The position numbers and the translations under genes were made by a program. From a virus (lineage: Duplodnaviria > Caudoviricetes), in the IMG/VR virus record IMGVR_UViG_3300032236_000195, positions 647 through 64,646 of that record: 64,000 nucleotides of DNA, one strand, 5' to 3'. The notes under the pieces were generated by a model. The model saw nothing but the letters and a program-made list of their open reading frames with translations, ran no database searches and had not been told where the DNA came from. Numbering within the stretch: position 1 is the first letter of the stretch; each line of letters starts with the position of its first letter. This document shows positions 1-9,844 of this stretch, one piece after another.

Positions 1-1
1 C

Positions 2-952
2 CGCAACGTCGGTTATACCGACCTTGTTCAGTATTGCGATATTGACTTTACAAACTCCGTAGCAAATACACCGCTTTATGGTGGTGCTTCTGGGCAGTTT
101 GTTAACGGCAATGCAATCCCCAACGCTAATGCAACGGTTTATACGCCGTCTGCTACGGTTTATCCTCCGGTTGCACAAACCATTACCGCAGACGCGGCTA
201 CCCGCGTATATCGTGGTTGCGTTATGTATCTGCCGTATGGTTGCAACCTGAATGATGTTTACATCGACTGCGCTGTTATTCCCCAGCCTTCTGGTGGTTC
301 TTCTACCATCACCAATGCATACGTTTATGTTAGCAACCAGCTAACCGCGTATCAGGGAACTCCGCGTTACTTTGCGACGGGTGACATTGTTGCTGCTGGT
401 ATTGGGCGTCAGTCTCTTACCGCGTTTACCGCAGCGCAGATGTCTAACCAATCGCTAACATCTGGCGATATCACCAACCCACCGGCTCCGGGCCAAGGCT
501 CTAGTCCTTATAGCTCGCTAGTGTCGCAGGTTGTGTTTACGGTTGCTCTGGTTGGCACTAACTTGACTTCGACCAACGCTACCTCGACGGTTGCTGGCGT
601 TGCAATTGGTAACACCACCGGCACGTTTACTTGTACCTCCAACGCATATCTGGCTGTTGGTCAGCAGTTGACCATTAGCGGAACGTATGGTGGTACGGGT
701 AGCATCACTGGATACACTGACCCAACGACCTACTTGGTTTCGGCTGTTTCTGGTGGCGCGGGTACTGTTACTGGCTTTACCCTGACCACGTTGGCTGGTG
801 CAGCACTGACCACGGCGACTGGAACGCCAACGGGTCTGACGTACACCATCTCTACTCCTCTGGTTGGACGTTTTTACTTTACTTGCCGTTACACGCAGCT
901 TGATGGCAACATTGGTAATACGTCAACATATCCGTACGGCAACTTCGATTAA
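2..952 (+). CDS. Virion structural protein following major capsid (5' truncated by window)
   Basis: The frame of ORF 224..952 is open back to base 2 (RNVGYTDLVQYC...). Thr/Gly/Ser-rich beta-type sequence, followed by a hairpin. Confidence 0.7.
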   Translation, partial: RNVGYTDLVQYCDIDFTNSVANTPLYGGASGQFVNGNAIPNANATVYTPSATVYPPVAQTITADAATRVYRGCVMYLPYGCNLNDVYIDCAVIPQPSGGSSTITNAYVYVSNQLTAYQGTPRYFATGDIVAAGIGRQSLTAFTAAQMSNQSLTSGDITNPPAPGQGSSPYSSLVSQVVFTVALVGTNLTSTNATSTVAGVAIGNTTGTFTCTSNAYLAVGQQLTISGTYGGTGSITGYTDPTTYLVSAVSGGAGTVTGFTLTTLAGAALTTATGTPTGLTYTISTPLVGRFYFTCRYTQLDGNIGNTSTYPYGNFD

Positions 953-961
953 GTAGCCAAT

Positions 962-985
962 AAGGGGGCTTCGGCCCCCTTATAC
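962..985 (+). terminator. Hairpin / probable terminator after capsid-region genes
   Basis: AAGGGGGC-TTCG-GCCCCCTT with a cUUCGg tetraloop, followed by a short T/A tail. Confidence 0.6.
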
Positions 986-998
986 TAAGGAGATTAGA

Positions 999-3860
999 AT
1001 GTCAGGTGGCTGGACCGCAGTCGATAGCATCAGCAATAAGTCGATGCCAATTCAAGGCACCACTAACTCTGGTGTCACTTCGCCCTTTGTTACGCCCGCT
1101 TCGGGGAACATGGACCCCGTTAACAAGTTTCGAGTCTCAACGCCACAAGCGCTGATTGATACGGACTTTGAATACGGCACTCAGCCCACCAAGTGGGAAA
1201 CGATTGGACTGCAAAACAATCGGCAATCCGTTTACTACATTGCTCAACAGCCGCTTGCAGTAACGTCTATTACTGGAACGGCAACTGCCGACCAAATAAC
1301 GATTGGCTTTGGTTCTTCGGTAACCATTCCCAATAACACGGCTATTTACATCCAAAACTCGCTTAACTCGACCATCAATGGTTGGGCTTATATCCCAACT
1401 GGCGGTACAGCAAGTTCGTTTACTGTTTATTTAGCACCGGGTTCTTCGACTACGACCAACTCGGCAGCTTACTTTAGCGCCACGACAACCTATGTTTATC
1501 TTGGCTATTTCTATAGCCAGTGTGGATTAGCAGTTGCTAAAAACAGCACCACGGCGGTTGTTGTTACAAGTGCAACTGTAATCACAGTTACGACGCAATT
1601 TGCTCATGGTTTAAACAAAGGTAGCTACGTTTACATCACCGGTACAACCGGCGGTACAAACGTAAACGGCGCTTATATCGTAGCCACGGTTCCAACTCAG
1701 AACACATTTACGGTTACTGCCGCTGCTGCATCTGGAACGGTTACTACATCTAATCCGTCTACAACTTACAGCACAACCAACATATATGCTCGTCCTTCGG
1801 GCTATGTTGAGCCTCGTACATTTGACGGTGGTGTGGCTTTCTCTGCTGGCGGTGCAGTTCCAAATCAGCAGTTGATTCGTCAAACTCGTCGGTACTTCCG
1901 GTATCAGTCTGGTAAAGGCATCCAGTTTTCTACTGGAACTTCGCTTAAACCGGCAATCTTCCTATCTTCAATTACGTCTTCTGGCGCAACTGTAACGGTC
2001 AATACCCGGTATCAGCATAACCTTGGTGTTGGTTCTAAGATTCAAGTTGCAGGTTGTGATCAAGGCGCATACAACGGTATCTTTACTGTTGTTACTGTTC
2101 CAACTCCAACGTCGCTGACTTATACTGCGTTAAGCGCTCCAACCGCTTCTCCAGCAACTGGTATCGCCCAAAGGGTTTCTCCGTATTCATGGTACGGTGC
2201 AAGTAACCGTGTTGGAATGTTTGACCAACAAAACGGCATGTTCTTTGAGTATGACGGTCAGAATCTATATGCGGTTTTGCGTAATAGCACAAACCAGATG
2301 AATGGTACTGTAACCGCATATGCGGGACGCGCAGACATTCTTGGCGATGCAAATACTCAGTTTACAACGCAACTTAATCCGGGTGACTATGTTGTTATCC
2401 GTGGCATGTCTTATCGTATAGTTACTATTACCGATAATCAAAACATGCAGGTTTCGCCAGAGTTCCGTGGAACTTCTGATGTTGCAAACTGTTTGCTTTC
2501 TAAAACAATTGAAACCAAAATCCCGCAACGGTTGTGGACTGACCCTTGCGATGGCACTGGGCCATCAGGGTATAACATCGACCTGACCCGGATGCAGATG
2601 TGGTTTGTTGATTTCTCTTGGTACGGAGCGGGCGTTATTCGTTATGGTATTCGTACCACTAACGGCAACATTAACTACGTTACCCAGATTCAAAACAACA
2701 ACAAACAGTTTGAAGCATACATGCGGTCAGGCAACATGGCCGCGCACTATGAATCAAACGGCACTTCGCCCATTACGATTCTTTCATCAAATCTAAGTAA
2801 TAGCTCAACGACGATTGGAGCATACGTCTCTACGACAGACACTTCCATTACGTTGGCTAGTTCTAGTTCGTTCCCGGCAACCGGCGTTTTATCTACCGGT
2901 ACTGAGTTAATTTATTACTCAGGAATCTCCGGCAACGTGCTGCTTAACTGTATTCGTGGGTTTGGTGGAACTCTTGCCGCAAGCCATTCAGTTGGTGATT
3001 CTGCTACTCCATCTTCGATTGACATTGCAGATTGCAGCCGTTTCCCTAACTCAGGCACCATCAAAGTGTCTGCGTCTGGAGCAAGTGGAGTTATTGAATA
3101 CATTAACTACACCGGAAACGATGGCAGCATTCTGTATGGTCTGACTCGCGCACAGGCTGGCGGTCAAGCATCTGCTCAAGCGTTTACCTACTCAACTACT
3201 GCACCGGTTGGTGTTGAGTATGTCAGCCCTGATACAGTGCCTTCACTGGCGCACTGGGGTTCGTCTGTCATCATGGACGGTCAGTTCAACGATGACAAAT
3301 CGCTCATCTTTAACTATGGAACCACGGCGCAGCTTGCTGTTCCAGCCGGGGCAACAGTTCCAGTTATTGCAATTCGGATTGCACCTTCGGTAGATAACGG
3401 TCAGATTGGTTTGCTTGGTAACAAGGAAATCATCAACCGCATGCAGTTGCAGTTGGTTGAACTTGGAATCGTGTCTGCTGGTACGTTCTTGATTCAGCTA
3501 ATCCTAAACGGTTATTGCACAAGCTTTAGCGGTTCTTGGACTGGCCCAGCAATTGGTAATGCTTATACCTCTTCGCTTGCTCAGGTTGCAGCCAATACGA
3601 CCACTACCGCCACGATTACTGGTGGTGAGTCAGTTGCTGCGGCGTTCACAAACTCTAGCGGTCAAACCACGCTGGACTTGAGTCAGGTTCGTGACTTGGG
3701 TAACTCCATCCTTGGTGGTGGAAATACCTTCGCGGTTCCAACTGGGCAAGCAGGTCAGTATCCAGATGGTCCTGATATTCTGTATGTTGTAGCTACCAAC
3801 ACGGCAGCAACACCGACGAACATTCTGGCCCGGTTGTCTTGGAAAGAAGCACAGGCGTAA
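999..3860 (+). CDS. Large virion structural protein with repeated small beta-modules (FCCH-like)
   Basis: 953 aa, SD AAGGAG upstream. Repeats of HGL/HNL..GS...I/V.G...NG...V..VPT...T/Y. Confidence 0.7.
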   Translation: MSGGWTAVDSISNKSMPIQGTTNSGVTSPFVTPASGNMDPVNKFRVSTPQALIDTDFEYGTQPTKWETIGLQNNRQSVYYIAQQPLAVTSITGTATADQITIGFGSSVTIPNNTAIYIQNSLNSTINGWAYIPTGGTASSFTVYLAPGSSTTTNSAAYFSATTTYVYLGYFYSQCGLAVAKNSTTAVVVTSATVITVTTQFAHGLNKGSYVYITGTTGGTNVNGAYIVATVPTQNTFTVTAAAASGTVTTSNPSTTYSTTNIYARPSGYVEPRTFDGGVAFSAGGAVPNQQLIRQTRRYFRYQSGKGIQFSTGTSLKPAIFLSSITSSGATVTVNTRYQHNLGVGSKIQVAGCDQGAYNGIFTVVTVPTPTSLTYTALSAPTASPATGIAQRVSPYSWYGASNRVGMFDQQNGMFFEYDGQNLYAVLRNSTNQMNGTVTAYAGRADILGDANTQFTTQLNPGDYVVIRGMSYRIVTITDNQNMQVSPEFRGTSDVANCLLSKTIETKIPQRLWTDPCDGTGPSGYNIDLTRMQMWFVDFSWYGAGVIRYGIRTTNGNINYVTQIQNNNKQFEAYMRSGNMAAHYESNGTSPITILSSNLSNSSTTIGAYVSTTDTSITLASSSSFPATGVLSTGTELIYYSGISGNVLLNCIRGFGGTLAASHSVGDSATPSSIDIADCSRFPNSGTIKVSASGASGVIEYINYTGNDGSILYGLTRAQAGGQASAQAFTYSTTAPVGVEYVSPDTVPSLAHWGSSVIMDGQFNDDKSLIFNYGTTAQLAVPAGATVPVIAIRIAPSVDNGQIGLLGNKEIINRMQLQLVELGIVSAGTFLIQLILNGYCTSFSGSWTGPAIGNAYTSSLAQVAANTTTTATITGGESVAAAFTNSSGQTTLDLSQVRDLGNSILGGGNTFAVPTGQAGQYPDGPDILYVVATNTAATPTNILARLSWKEAQA

Positions 3861-3863
3861 ATC

Positions 3864-4109
3864 ATGGCTAAAACCCCTGCTTGGCAACGCGCTGAAGGTA
3901 AAAACCCTAATGGCGGATTAAACGCCAAAGGTAGGGCTTCTGCCAAAAAAGAAGGAATGAATCTAAAACCTCCGCAACCAGAGGGCGGGTCGCGTAAGAA
4001 ATCATTCTGTGCCAGAATGTCTGGCATGAAGAAAAAGCTGACTTCGTCCAAGACTGCTAACGATCCTGATTCCCGCATCAATAAATCTTTGCGTGCATGG
4101 AAGTGCTGA
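3864..4109 (+). CDS. Conserved small basic phage protein (DUF6321-like)
   Basis: AWQRAEGKNPNGGLNAKGRAS...RKKSFCARM motif, Lys/Arg-rich. Confidence 0.65.
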   Translation: MAKTPAWQRAEGKNPNGGLNAKGRASAKKEGMNLKPPQPEGGSRKKSFCARMSGMKKKLTSSKTANDPDSRINKSLRAWKC

Positions 4110-4110
4110 C

Positions 4111-4371
4111 ATGGAAATGCCCGCGATGGCTGTCTGGAACGGTCTGATGACAATTGTTCTTGGGTTGATTGGAGTTGCTGTTAGAAGTTACGATTCCAAA
4201 ATTCAATCGGCTACAGATGAATTACAGCGTGTTAGTATCCTTCTTAACCGAACAAGGGAAGAAGTTGCGCGAGACTCTGCCACTAAAGCAGAAGTTTCAA
4301 GGCTTACGGATCACATTGATCAGCGTTTCAACAAGCTTGAAGCAAAAATTGATGAGCTTATTCGGAAATAA
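4111..4371 (+). CDS. Single-TM coiled-coil protein
   Basis: N-terminal hydrophobic helix (VWNGLMTIVLGLIGVAV) plus coiled coil ending RFNKLEAKID. ATG 4111 lies 1 nt after the upstream stop. Confidence 0.6.
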   Translation: MEMPAMAVWNGLMTIVLGLIGVAVRSYDSKIQSATDELQRVSILLNRTREEVARDSATKAEVSRLTDHIDQRFNKLEAKIDELIRK

Positions 4372-4373
4372 AA

Positions 4374-4694
4374 ATGCCTAGTAGCTCAAAGAAACAGCAC
4401 AATTTTATGGAGGCGATTGCCCATTCGCCTTCTTTTGCCAAGAAAGTTGGCGTCCCTCAGTCCGTGGGCAAGGACTTTTCTGCGGCAGATAAGGGTCGCA
4501 AATTTTCAAAAGGTGGTGATATGGCAACGAAGAAAATGGCTAAAGGCGGTATGGCTGAGACTATGGGTCCGCGTAGCATGAAATCTGATGTAGAGAAAGG
4601 CTCTAACTCAAAGCGCGCTCACGGCGAACATGGTATTCAAAAGAAGGGTCATACCCGTGCCATGATGCCTAAAATGAAAGGCAAAACGGTATGA
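4374..4694 (+). CDS. Small Lys/Met-rich basic virion-associated protein
   Basis: MPSSSKKQHNFMEAIAH start, FSKGG and MAKGG motifs, translationally coupled. Confidence 0.65.
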   Translation: MPSSSKKQHNFMEAIAHSPSFAKKVGVPQSVGKDFSAADKGRKFSKGGDMATKKMAKGGMAETMGPRSMKSDVEKGSNSKRAHGEHGIQKKGHTRAMMPKMKGKTV

Positions 4695-4888
4695 AACGTA
4701 AAATGCCTATGGGAGCAGGTGCTCCTATGCGCCGTCCGATGCCCCCGGCTATGCCTATGGGTGGTGACGGTATGCCTCCCCCCGCTGCGCCCTCTGCCCC
4801 TCCGATGGGCATGAAAAAAGGTGGCACAGCGTCTTCCCGCGCAGACGGTTGCGCTCAACGCGGCAAAACTAAAGGTAAAAAGCTATGA
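4691..4888 (+). CDS. Small basic Met/Pro-rich protein
   Basis: MKKGG...ADGCAQRGKTKG C-terminus, ATGA overlaps at both ends. Confidence 0.6.
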   Translation: MKRKMPMGAGAPMRRPMPPAMPMGGDGMPPPAAPSAPPMGMKKGGTASSRADGCAQRGKTKGKKL

Positions 4889-5076
4889 AACAACCTGAAT
4901 TTAAAAAGGAACCCGGTGTTCCTAAATTTGATCACATGGTTCAGCTTTCGACGCAGCACGAAGATGGCGGTCACAAGCACCACTCAAACATGTACAAGGC
5001 GCACGGCGCTGGTCATATGCTGGAGCATGAAAAAGTGCAAAAGCTGTGTGGCGGCGGAATGGCTCGTAAAAAATGA
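4885..5076 (+). CDS. Small His-rich basic protein
   Basis: 63 aa, ATGA-coupled, ends LCGGGMARKK. Confidence 0.55.
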   Translation: MKQPEFKKEPGVPKFDHMVQLSTQHEDGGHKHHSNMYKAHGAGHMLEHEKVQKLCGGGMARKK

Positions 5077-5318
5077 TTGCCAGCCGTGGGATGGGCGATA
5101 TTAGCCCATCCAAAATGCCAAAGGCCAAGACGGTTGTTCGCAAGGACAACCCGAATGACGTTGAGGTATATAAAGCGGGTGGTGGTTTGTACGATAACAT
5201 CAACGCCAAACGTAAGCGGATTGCGGCTGGATCTAAAGAACGCATGAGAAAGCCGGGGTCAAAAGGTGCTCCGACTAACGAAGCGTTTGTTCAGTCTGCG
5301 AAAACGGCTAAAAAATGA
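5073..5318 (+). CDS. Small basic protein
   Basis: YKAGGGLYDNINAKRKRI...MRKPGSKGAPT motif, ATGA-coupled. Confidence 0.6.
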   Translation: MIASRGMGDISPSKMPKAKTVVRKDNPNDVEVYKAGGGLYDNINAKRKRIAAGSKERMRKPGSKGAPTNEAFVQSAKTAKK

Positions 5319-6370
5319 TTACTACTGACGAGAGCGGCAATTCTTGGGATACGAGTTACATGGGGCCGGGTACCGGTAATTACCTTCCCCAGAACTATAA
5401 TGTTGGTCCCGCTCCCGTCGCTCCGATGGGTAGCTCTGGTAATCCTGCTGTTCCATACCCCAACCAGCCAGCATCTCGCCCTGCTACTTTTAGAGTACCT
5501 GCTCAATACTCTAACCCGTATCAACAGCAATTTACTCCGCAGCAGCAACAGCGGTTTTCGATGCCGCCTCCCCCACAAAGGTCATATCCGCAGCAGCAAC
5601 AGCAGTACAATTTGGCTGGGATTATGGGGGCTAGGAATCTGGGTCAACAGCAACAGATGCCACGCCCTCAACAGCAGTTCTATCAACCGCAACCGCAGCA
5701 AATGACGGGTAGGGCTAATATGAGTCCACAAGATGTCAATGCTGCGCGAAATGCTCTTGGGTTGGGCAACTTACCGCAAGACGGGCGAAAACCAATAATG
5801 AGCCAAGAGCAGGCACAGGCCTATCAACAGCAATTGTTGGCACAAAATCCACAAGGGGGGCAAGCTGGACTTAATCAAGCCAATATGTCTCAATTGGAGC
5901 AAGCGGGACTTAAGCAAGCTGATATGTCTCCTGACCAGCAGAGAGCGATGTTTCAGAACGCTATGAATACGTATAACCCACGGGGACAACAACAGTATCA
6001 AGCGGCGATGCAGGCGCAGCAAGGTCAACCGGGAGCGCAATTTAATCCACCGGGGATGAACCCCGCATTCCAAGGGATGACCCAAGACCAGCGTATGCGC
6101 GCAGCCTTCGACGACAGCGGCATGGGGCATGGTCAAGACTATTACGCGCAGCAAGCGGCACAGCGCGCTGCCCAACAGCCGCGTTCTCAAGCAGATTTAA
6201 ATCAGGCATTCCAAAGAATGGGTATGCCCTCTAATTTTGCCCCGCAAGCTATGGGGGGTAAAGGGGGAATGCCTTCTTCACAGCAATCTACTCCACAAGC
6301 TATGGGCGGTAAAGGTGCTGCACCACAAAGGCCATCTTCTGTTGGCGGCAAAGGCGCGAGTCAAGACTGA
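5315..6370 (+). CDS. Gln/Pro/Met/Gly-rich low-complexity protein
   Basis: 351 aa ORF coupled to both neighbours, with Q runs and (M/V)GGKG repeats. Confidence 0.65.
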   Translation: MITTDESGNSWDTSYMGPGTGNYLPQNYNVGPAPVAPMGSSGNPAVPYPNQPASRPATFRVPAQYSNPYQQQFTPQQQQRFSMPPPPQRSYPQQQQQYNLAGIMGARNLGQQQQMPRPQQQFYQPQPQQMTGRANMSPQDVNAARNALGLGNLPQDGRKPIMSQEQAQAYQQQLLAQNPQGGQAGLNQANMSQLEQAGLKQADMSPDQQRAMFQNAMNTYNPRGQQQYQAAMQAQQGQPGAQFNPPGMNPAFQGMTQDQRMRAAFDDSGMGHGQDYYAQQAAQRAAQQPRSQADLNQAFQRMGMPSNFAPQAMGGKGGMPSSQQSTPQAMGGKGAAPQRPSSVGGKGASQD

Positions 6371-7293
6371 TGGCATACACCAGCGGTTCATCTACGTTTA
6401 ATCTTGACCTCAATGATCTGATTGAGGAAGCGTACGAACGCGCCGGTATTGAGATTCGTACTGGTTATGAACACCGTACGGCACGGCGTTCGCTCAATCT
6501 CATGACTATTGAGTGGGCCAACCGTGGAATCAATCTCTGGACAATACAAGAAGGTCAGATTTCTCTGAACGCAGGTCAGCTTATATATCCTTTGCCCTCG
6601 GATACAATTGACCTTCTTGATCACGTTGTTCGCCAAAATAACAGTACGTCTAGTACGCAATCTGATATCAACATCACCCGGATCTCAGAGTCTACGTATT
6701 CCACGATCCCAAACAAACTGACTACTGGGCGTCCGATCCAAGTCTGGGTTAACCGTCAGACTGCCCAGAGCAATGCTACGAGTGTCACACTAAGCAGTAC
6801 GATAGCTAGCACCGACACAAGCATCACCGTCAGCGATGTATCTAATTTAACAACTACCGGGTTTGTGAAGATTGATTCGGAAACGATCAGCTACACGAAC
6901 ATCGTCGGTAATACCCTGACCAATTGCTGGCGAGGTCAAAACAATACTACCGCAGCCGCGCACACGGCTGGGGCAGTAATCTACGTCCAGAATCTACCTT
7001 GCATCAATGTGTGGCCTTCACCAAATGCTGGTGGGAATTACACTTTCGTATATTGGAGACTTCGCCGTCTTCAAGATGTTGGTAGTGGTGTAAACGTAGA
7101 AGATATTCCGTTCCGTTTGATTCCCTGCATGGTTGCTGGGATGGCGTTCTACATTGCAATGAAACGACCAGATGTTGCCCCTGACCGGGTGTCTATGCTC
7201 AAAGAAGAGTATGAGCAGCAATGGTTGTTGGCATCACAGGAAGATAGGGATAAAGCGGCTGACCGTTTCGTTCCGCGACAACTCTTCTACTAA
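6370..7293 (+). CDS. Head-tail adaptor / head completion protein with inserted beta-domain
   Basis: DLIEEAYERAG...ARRSLN...EWANRG.NLW N-terminus and helical C-terminus; position in morphogenesis operon. Confidence 0.65.
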   Translation: MAYTSGSSTFNLDLNDLIEEAYERAGIEIRTGYEHRTARRSLNLMTIEWANRGINLWTIQEGQISLNAGQLIYPLPSDTIDLLDHVVRQNNSTSSTQSDINITRISESTYSTIPNKLTTGRPIQVWVNRQTAQSNATSVTLSSTIASTDTSITVSDVSNLTTTGFVKIDSETISYTNIVGNTLTNCWRGQNNTTAAAHTAGAVIYVQNLPCINVWPSPNAGGNYTFVYWRLRRLQDVGSGVNVEDIPFRLIPCMVAGMAFYIAMKRPDVAPDRVSMLKEEYEQQWLLASQEDRDKAADRFVPRQLFY

Positions 7294-7295
7294 TC

Positions 7296-7685
7296 ATGCC
7301 TACCAAGTTTTCATCCGGTAAGTATTCGATTGCGGAGTGTGATCGATGTGGGCAACGGTACAAACTTAAAGAGTTACAGAAGCAGGTCATCAAGACCAAA
7401 CTGTTTAACATCAAAGTTTGCCCTACATGTTGGGACCCAGATCAGCCGCAGTTGTCTCTTGGCCTGTATCCAATTAACGATCCGCAAGCAGTCCGTGAAC
7501 CTAGGCCCGATGTAAGTTATACGTTGTCTGGAACAATGAATGACGGGTATGCTGGTGGAGGTAGTAGAATATTCCAGTGGGGTTGGAATCCTGTAGGTGG
7601 GTCAAGTTCGTTTGATGCCGCGCTTACCCCAAATTACTTGGCAATGCAGATTCAAATAGGTACAGTCACGATTGTGACTACATAG
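7296..7685 (+). CDS. Conserved zinc-finger protein
   Basis: CDRC...VCPTCWD...PQ...D(P)QA..PRPD motif. Confidence 0.6.
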   Translation: MPTKFSSGKYSIAECDRCGQRYKLKELQKQVIKTKLFNIKVCPTCWDPDQPQLSLGLYPINDPQAVREPRPDVSYTLSGTMNDGYAGGGSRIFQWGWNPVGGSSSFDAALTPNYLAMQIQIGTVTIVTT

Positions 7686-7693
7686 GAGTTATA

Positions 7694-7903
7694 ATGGCTA
7701 AGAGCGATAGCAAAGAAGATTCAAAAATGGATATGGCCCAAGACAAGGCCATGATCAAAAAAGCCTTCAAGCAGCATGATGCCCAAGAGCACAAGGGTGG
7801 TAAAGGCACAAACCTCAAGCTGAAAAAAGGCGGGGTGACTGGGCAAGCCATGCGAGCAGTTGGACGTAATATGGCCCGCGCAAACAATCAGCGAGGACGG
7901 TAA
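7694..7903 (+). CDS. Small basic protein
   Basis: SD AGGAG, LKKGGV motif. Confidence 0.6.
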   Translation: MAKSDSKEDSKMDMAQDKAMIKKAFKQHDAQEHKGGKGTNLKLKKGGVTGQAMRAVGRNMARANNQRGR

Positions 7904-8193
7904 TGGCTAAGCTTGTACCGGCTACCAAAAAGGATAGTCCAGCTATCCATCATGGGGCCAACCGAAATAATAAATCGGCAGAACATTACGCACCCCCGCA
8001 TGATATGTCGGGTAAAAGCCTTTCTGAAGAAGAGATCGGATTCCCTGTGATCATGCCTGCCCGTAACAATTGGACCCCTTTAAATGGCGGGGTTTCAATT
8101 GGGCATATGGATAAAGTCAAAGAAGACGGAATCACTATGCGTGGTCATGGCGCTGCTATCAAAGGCATAAAATCTAGAGGTACGATGGCGTGA
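7903..8193 (+). CDS. Small basic protein
   Basis: Ends GITMRGHGAAIKG, coupled to neighbours. Confidence 0.55.
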   Translation: MAKLVPATKKDSPAIHHGANRNNKSAEHYAPPHDMSGKSLSEEEIGFPVIMPARNNWTPLNGGVSIGHMDKVKEDGITMRGHGAAIKGIKSRGTMA

Positions 8194-8840
8194 ACTATAC
8201 GGAGCTTGTAACTGCGGTCTCCGACTATACGGAGAATACGTTCCCGACTGCGGACATGAATACGTTCATCAAGCAGGCGGAACAACGCATCTACAACACA
8301 ATCCAGTTTCCTTCGTTACGTAAAAACGTGACTGGGATTACTACGACTGGAATTAAGTATATTTCTTGTCCTACGGACTTTATCTCTTCGTACTCTTTTG
8401 CCGTAATAAATACTGACGGTAGCTACTCCTATTTGTTGAACAAAGATGTCAACTACATGAGGGAAGCATACCCAAACCCGTCAGATACAGGAACTCCCAA
8501 ATACTACGCTTTGTTTGGGCCACGTTCTGATTTGGCTTATGAACTTTCATTTATTATTGGGCCTACCCCAGATGCTCAATATAATTTGGAATTACATTAC
8601 TTTTTTTACCCAGAATCAATTGTCACGGCGACAAATACTTGGCTTGGGGATAACTACGACATTGTTCTTTTGTACGCTACGCTTGTCGAAGCTTATACCT
8701 ATATGAAGGGTGAAGCTGACATGATGGCTTTGTACAATCAGAAGTTTAAAGAAGCTATGGACATGGCTAAACGTGGCGGCGACGGACTTGAGCGTCAAGA
8801 TGCCTATCGTTCTGGTCAGTATCGTCAGACGGTGACCTGA
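8190..8840 (+). CDS. Tail adaptor (tail tubular protein A-like)
   Basis: MNYTELV.AV.DY.E...FIKQAEQRI...GTPKYYA...PTPD..Y..ELHY...LLYATLVEAY pattern. Confidence 0.7.
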   Translation: MNYTELVTAVSDYTENTFPTADMNTFIKQAEQRIYNTIQFPSLRKNVTGITTTGIKYISCPTDFISSYSFAVINTDGSYSYLLNKDVNYMREAYPNPSDTGTPKYYALFGPRSDLAYELSFIIGPTPDAQYNLELHYFFYPESIVTATNTWLGDNYDIVLLYATLVEAYTYMKGEADMMALYNQKFKEAMDMAKRGGDGLERQDAYRSGQYRQTVT

Positions 8841-9277
8841 TGGCATTTACCGGTAATTGGGTAGCTAATACGTTCAAGACTGGACTTGCTAGTGCCACAT
8901 TTAACTTCAACACGGGTACGACGCAGGTCTTCAAGATCGCGCTGTATACCAATGCAGCGACGTTAGATGCGACCACTACTGGATACACTTCTGTCGGAGA
9001 GGTTTCTGCCTCGGGGTACACCGCTGGGGGGCAAGTCCTTGTTATTAGTCAAGTCCCTACCGTGGGTTCTTCCGGTACGACTATGTACCTTTCCTTCAAT
9101 AACGCCGTCTGGTCTACTGCGGTTACTGCGCGGGGAGCGTTGATCTACAAGTATGACGGGGCTACAAATCCGTCTGTTTGTGTTTTAGACTTTGGTTCAG
9201 ACAAAACTTCGACCTCCACGTTTACCGTGCAATTTCCAACGCCGACTAGCACCTCGGCTATTTTACGTATTTCTTAG
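8840..9277 (+). CDS. Conserved tail/fibre-associated structural protein
   Basis: FKIALYT..A.L...TT.Y...EVS..GYTAGG...ARGALIY...VLDFG.DKT pattern. Confidence 0.6.
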   Translation: MAFTGNWVANTFKTGLASATFNFNTGTTQVFKIALYTNAATLDATTTGYTSVGEVSASGYTAGGQVLVISQVPTVGSSGTTMYLSFNNAVWSTAVTARGALIYKYDGATNPSVCVLDFGSDKTSTSTFTVQFPTPTSTSAILRIS

Positions 9278-9285
9278 GGATTATC

Positions 9286-9843
9286 ATGGAAAAATTTACT
9301 GTAACTGACAAGGTTGAGGCTGCAAGCAGCTACAACACACAACCTAACGATGCGTTGAGCATCGAAGGTTTTTACCATGCTGTTTGCTATGACCAAGACG
9401 GCAACGTCAAGTGGGAAGACGATATTGAGAACCTCGTGACCACGGTAGGTAAAAACCTGACGCTGGATACGATTCTTGGTAACTCCGCTGCTGGCGCAAT
9501 TGTCATGGGTCTAAAAGGAACCGGAACTGCTTCTGTTGCCGATACTCAAGCATCCCATGCCGGTTGGTTGGAAGTTGGTCTTGCTAACGCTCCGACTTAC
9601 ACTGCACCTCGCAAAACTCCTACGTTCAGCGCGGCATCAGCAGGAAGTAAAACCACTTCGGCTGCATCAAGCTTCTCAATTACTTCTACCGGAACGGTGG
9701 CAGGATGTTTTATCAACATTGGTGGCAGTTCAACAATTGATAACACGACCGGCACTTTGTTTTCGGCTGGAGACTTTTCTAGTTCTAAATCAGTTGTTAG
9801 CGGTGACACCATCGCAGTCACCTATACTTGCACGTTGACCTAA
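9286..9843 (+). CDS. Structural protein
   Basis: 185 aa, W...I.NLVTTVG...GTLFSAGDF...GD.I.VTY pattern. Confidence 0.6.
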   Translation: MEKFTVTDKVEAASSYNTQPNDALSIEGFYHAVCYDQDGNVKWEDDIENLVTTVGKNLTLDTILGNSAAGAIVMGLKGTGTASVADTQASHAGWLEVGLANAPTYTAPRKTPTFSAASAGSKTTSAASSFSITSTGTVAGCFINIGGSSTIDNTTGTLFSAGDFSSSKSVVSGDTIAVTYTCTLT

Positions 9844-9844
9844 T

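Noticed and set aside
999-3860. Ubiquitin-like conjugation system (FCCH-like modules plus GG motifs)
   Set aside because: No E1 adenylation, E2, JAB or beta-grasp protein was recognised; the FCCH-like modules are structural inserts and the GG motifs are internal.
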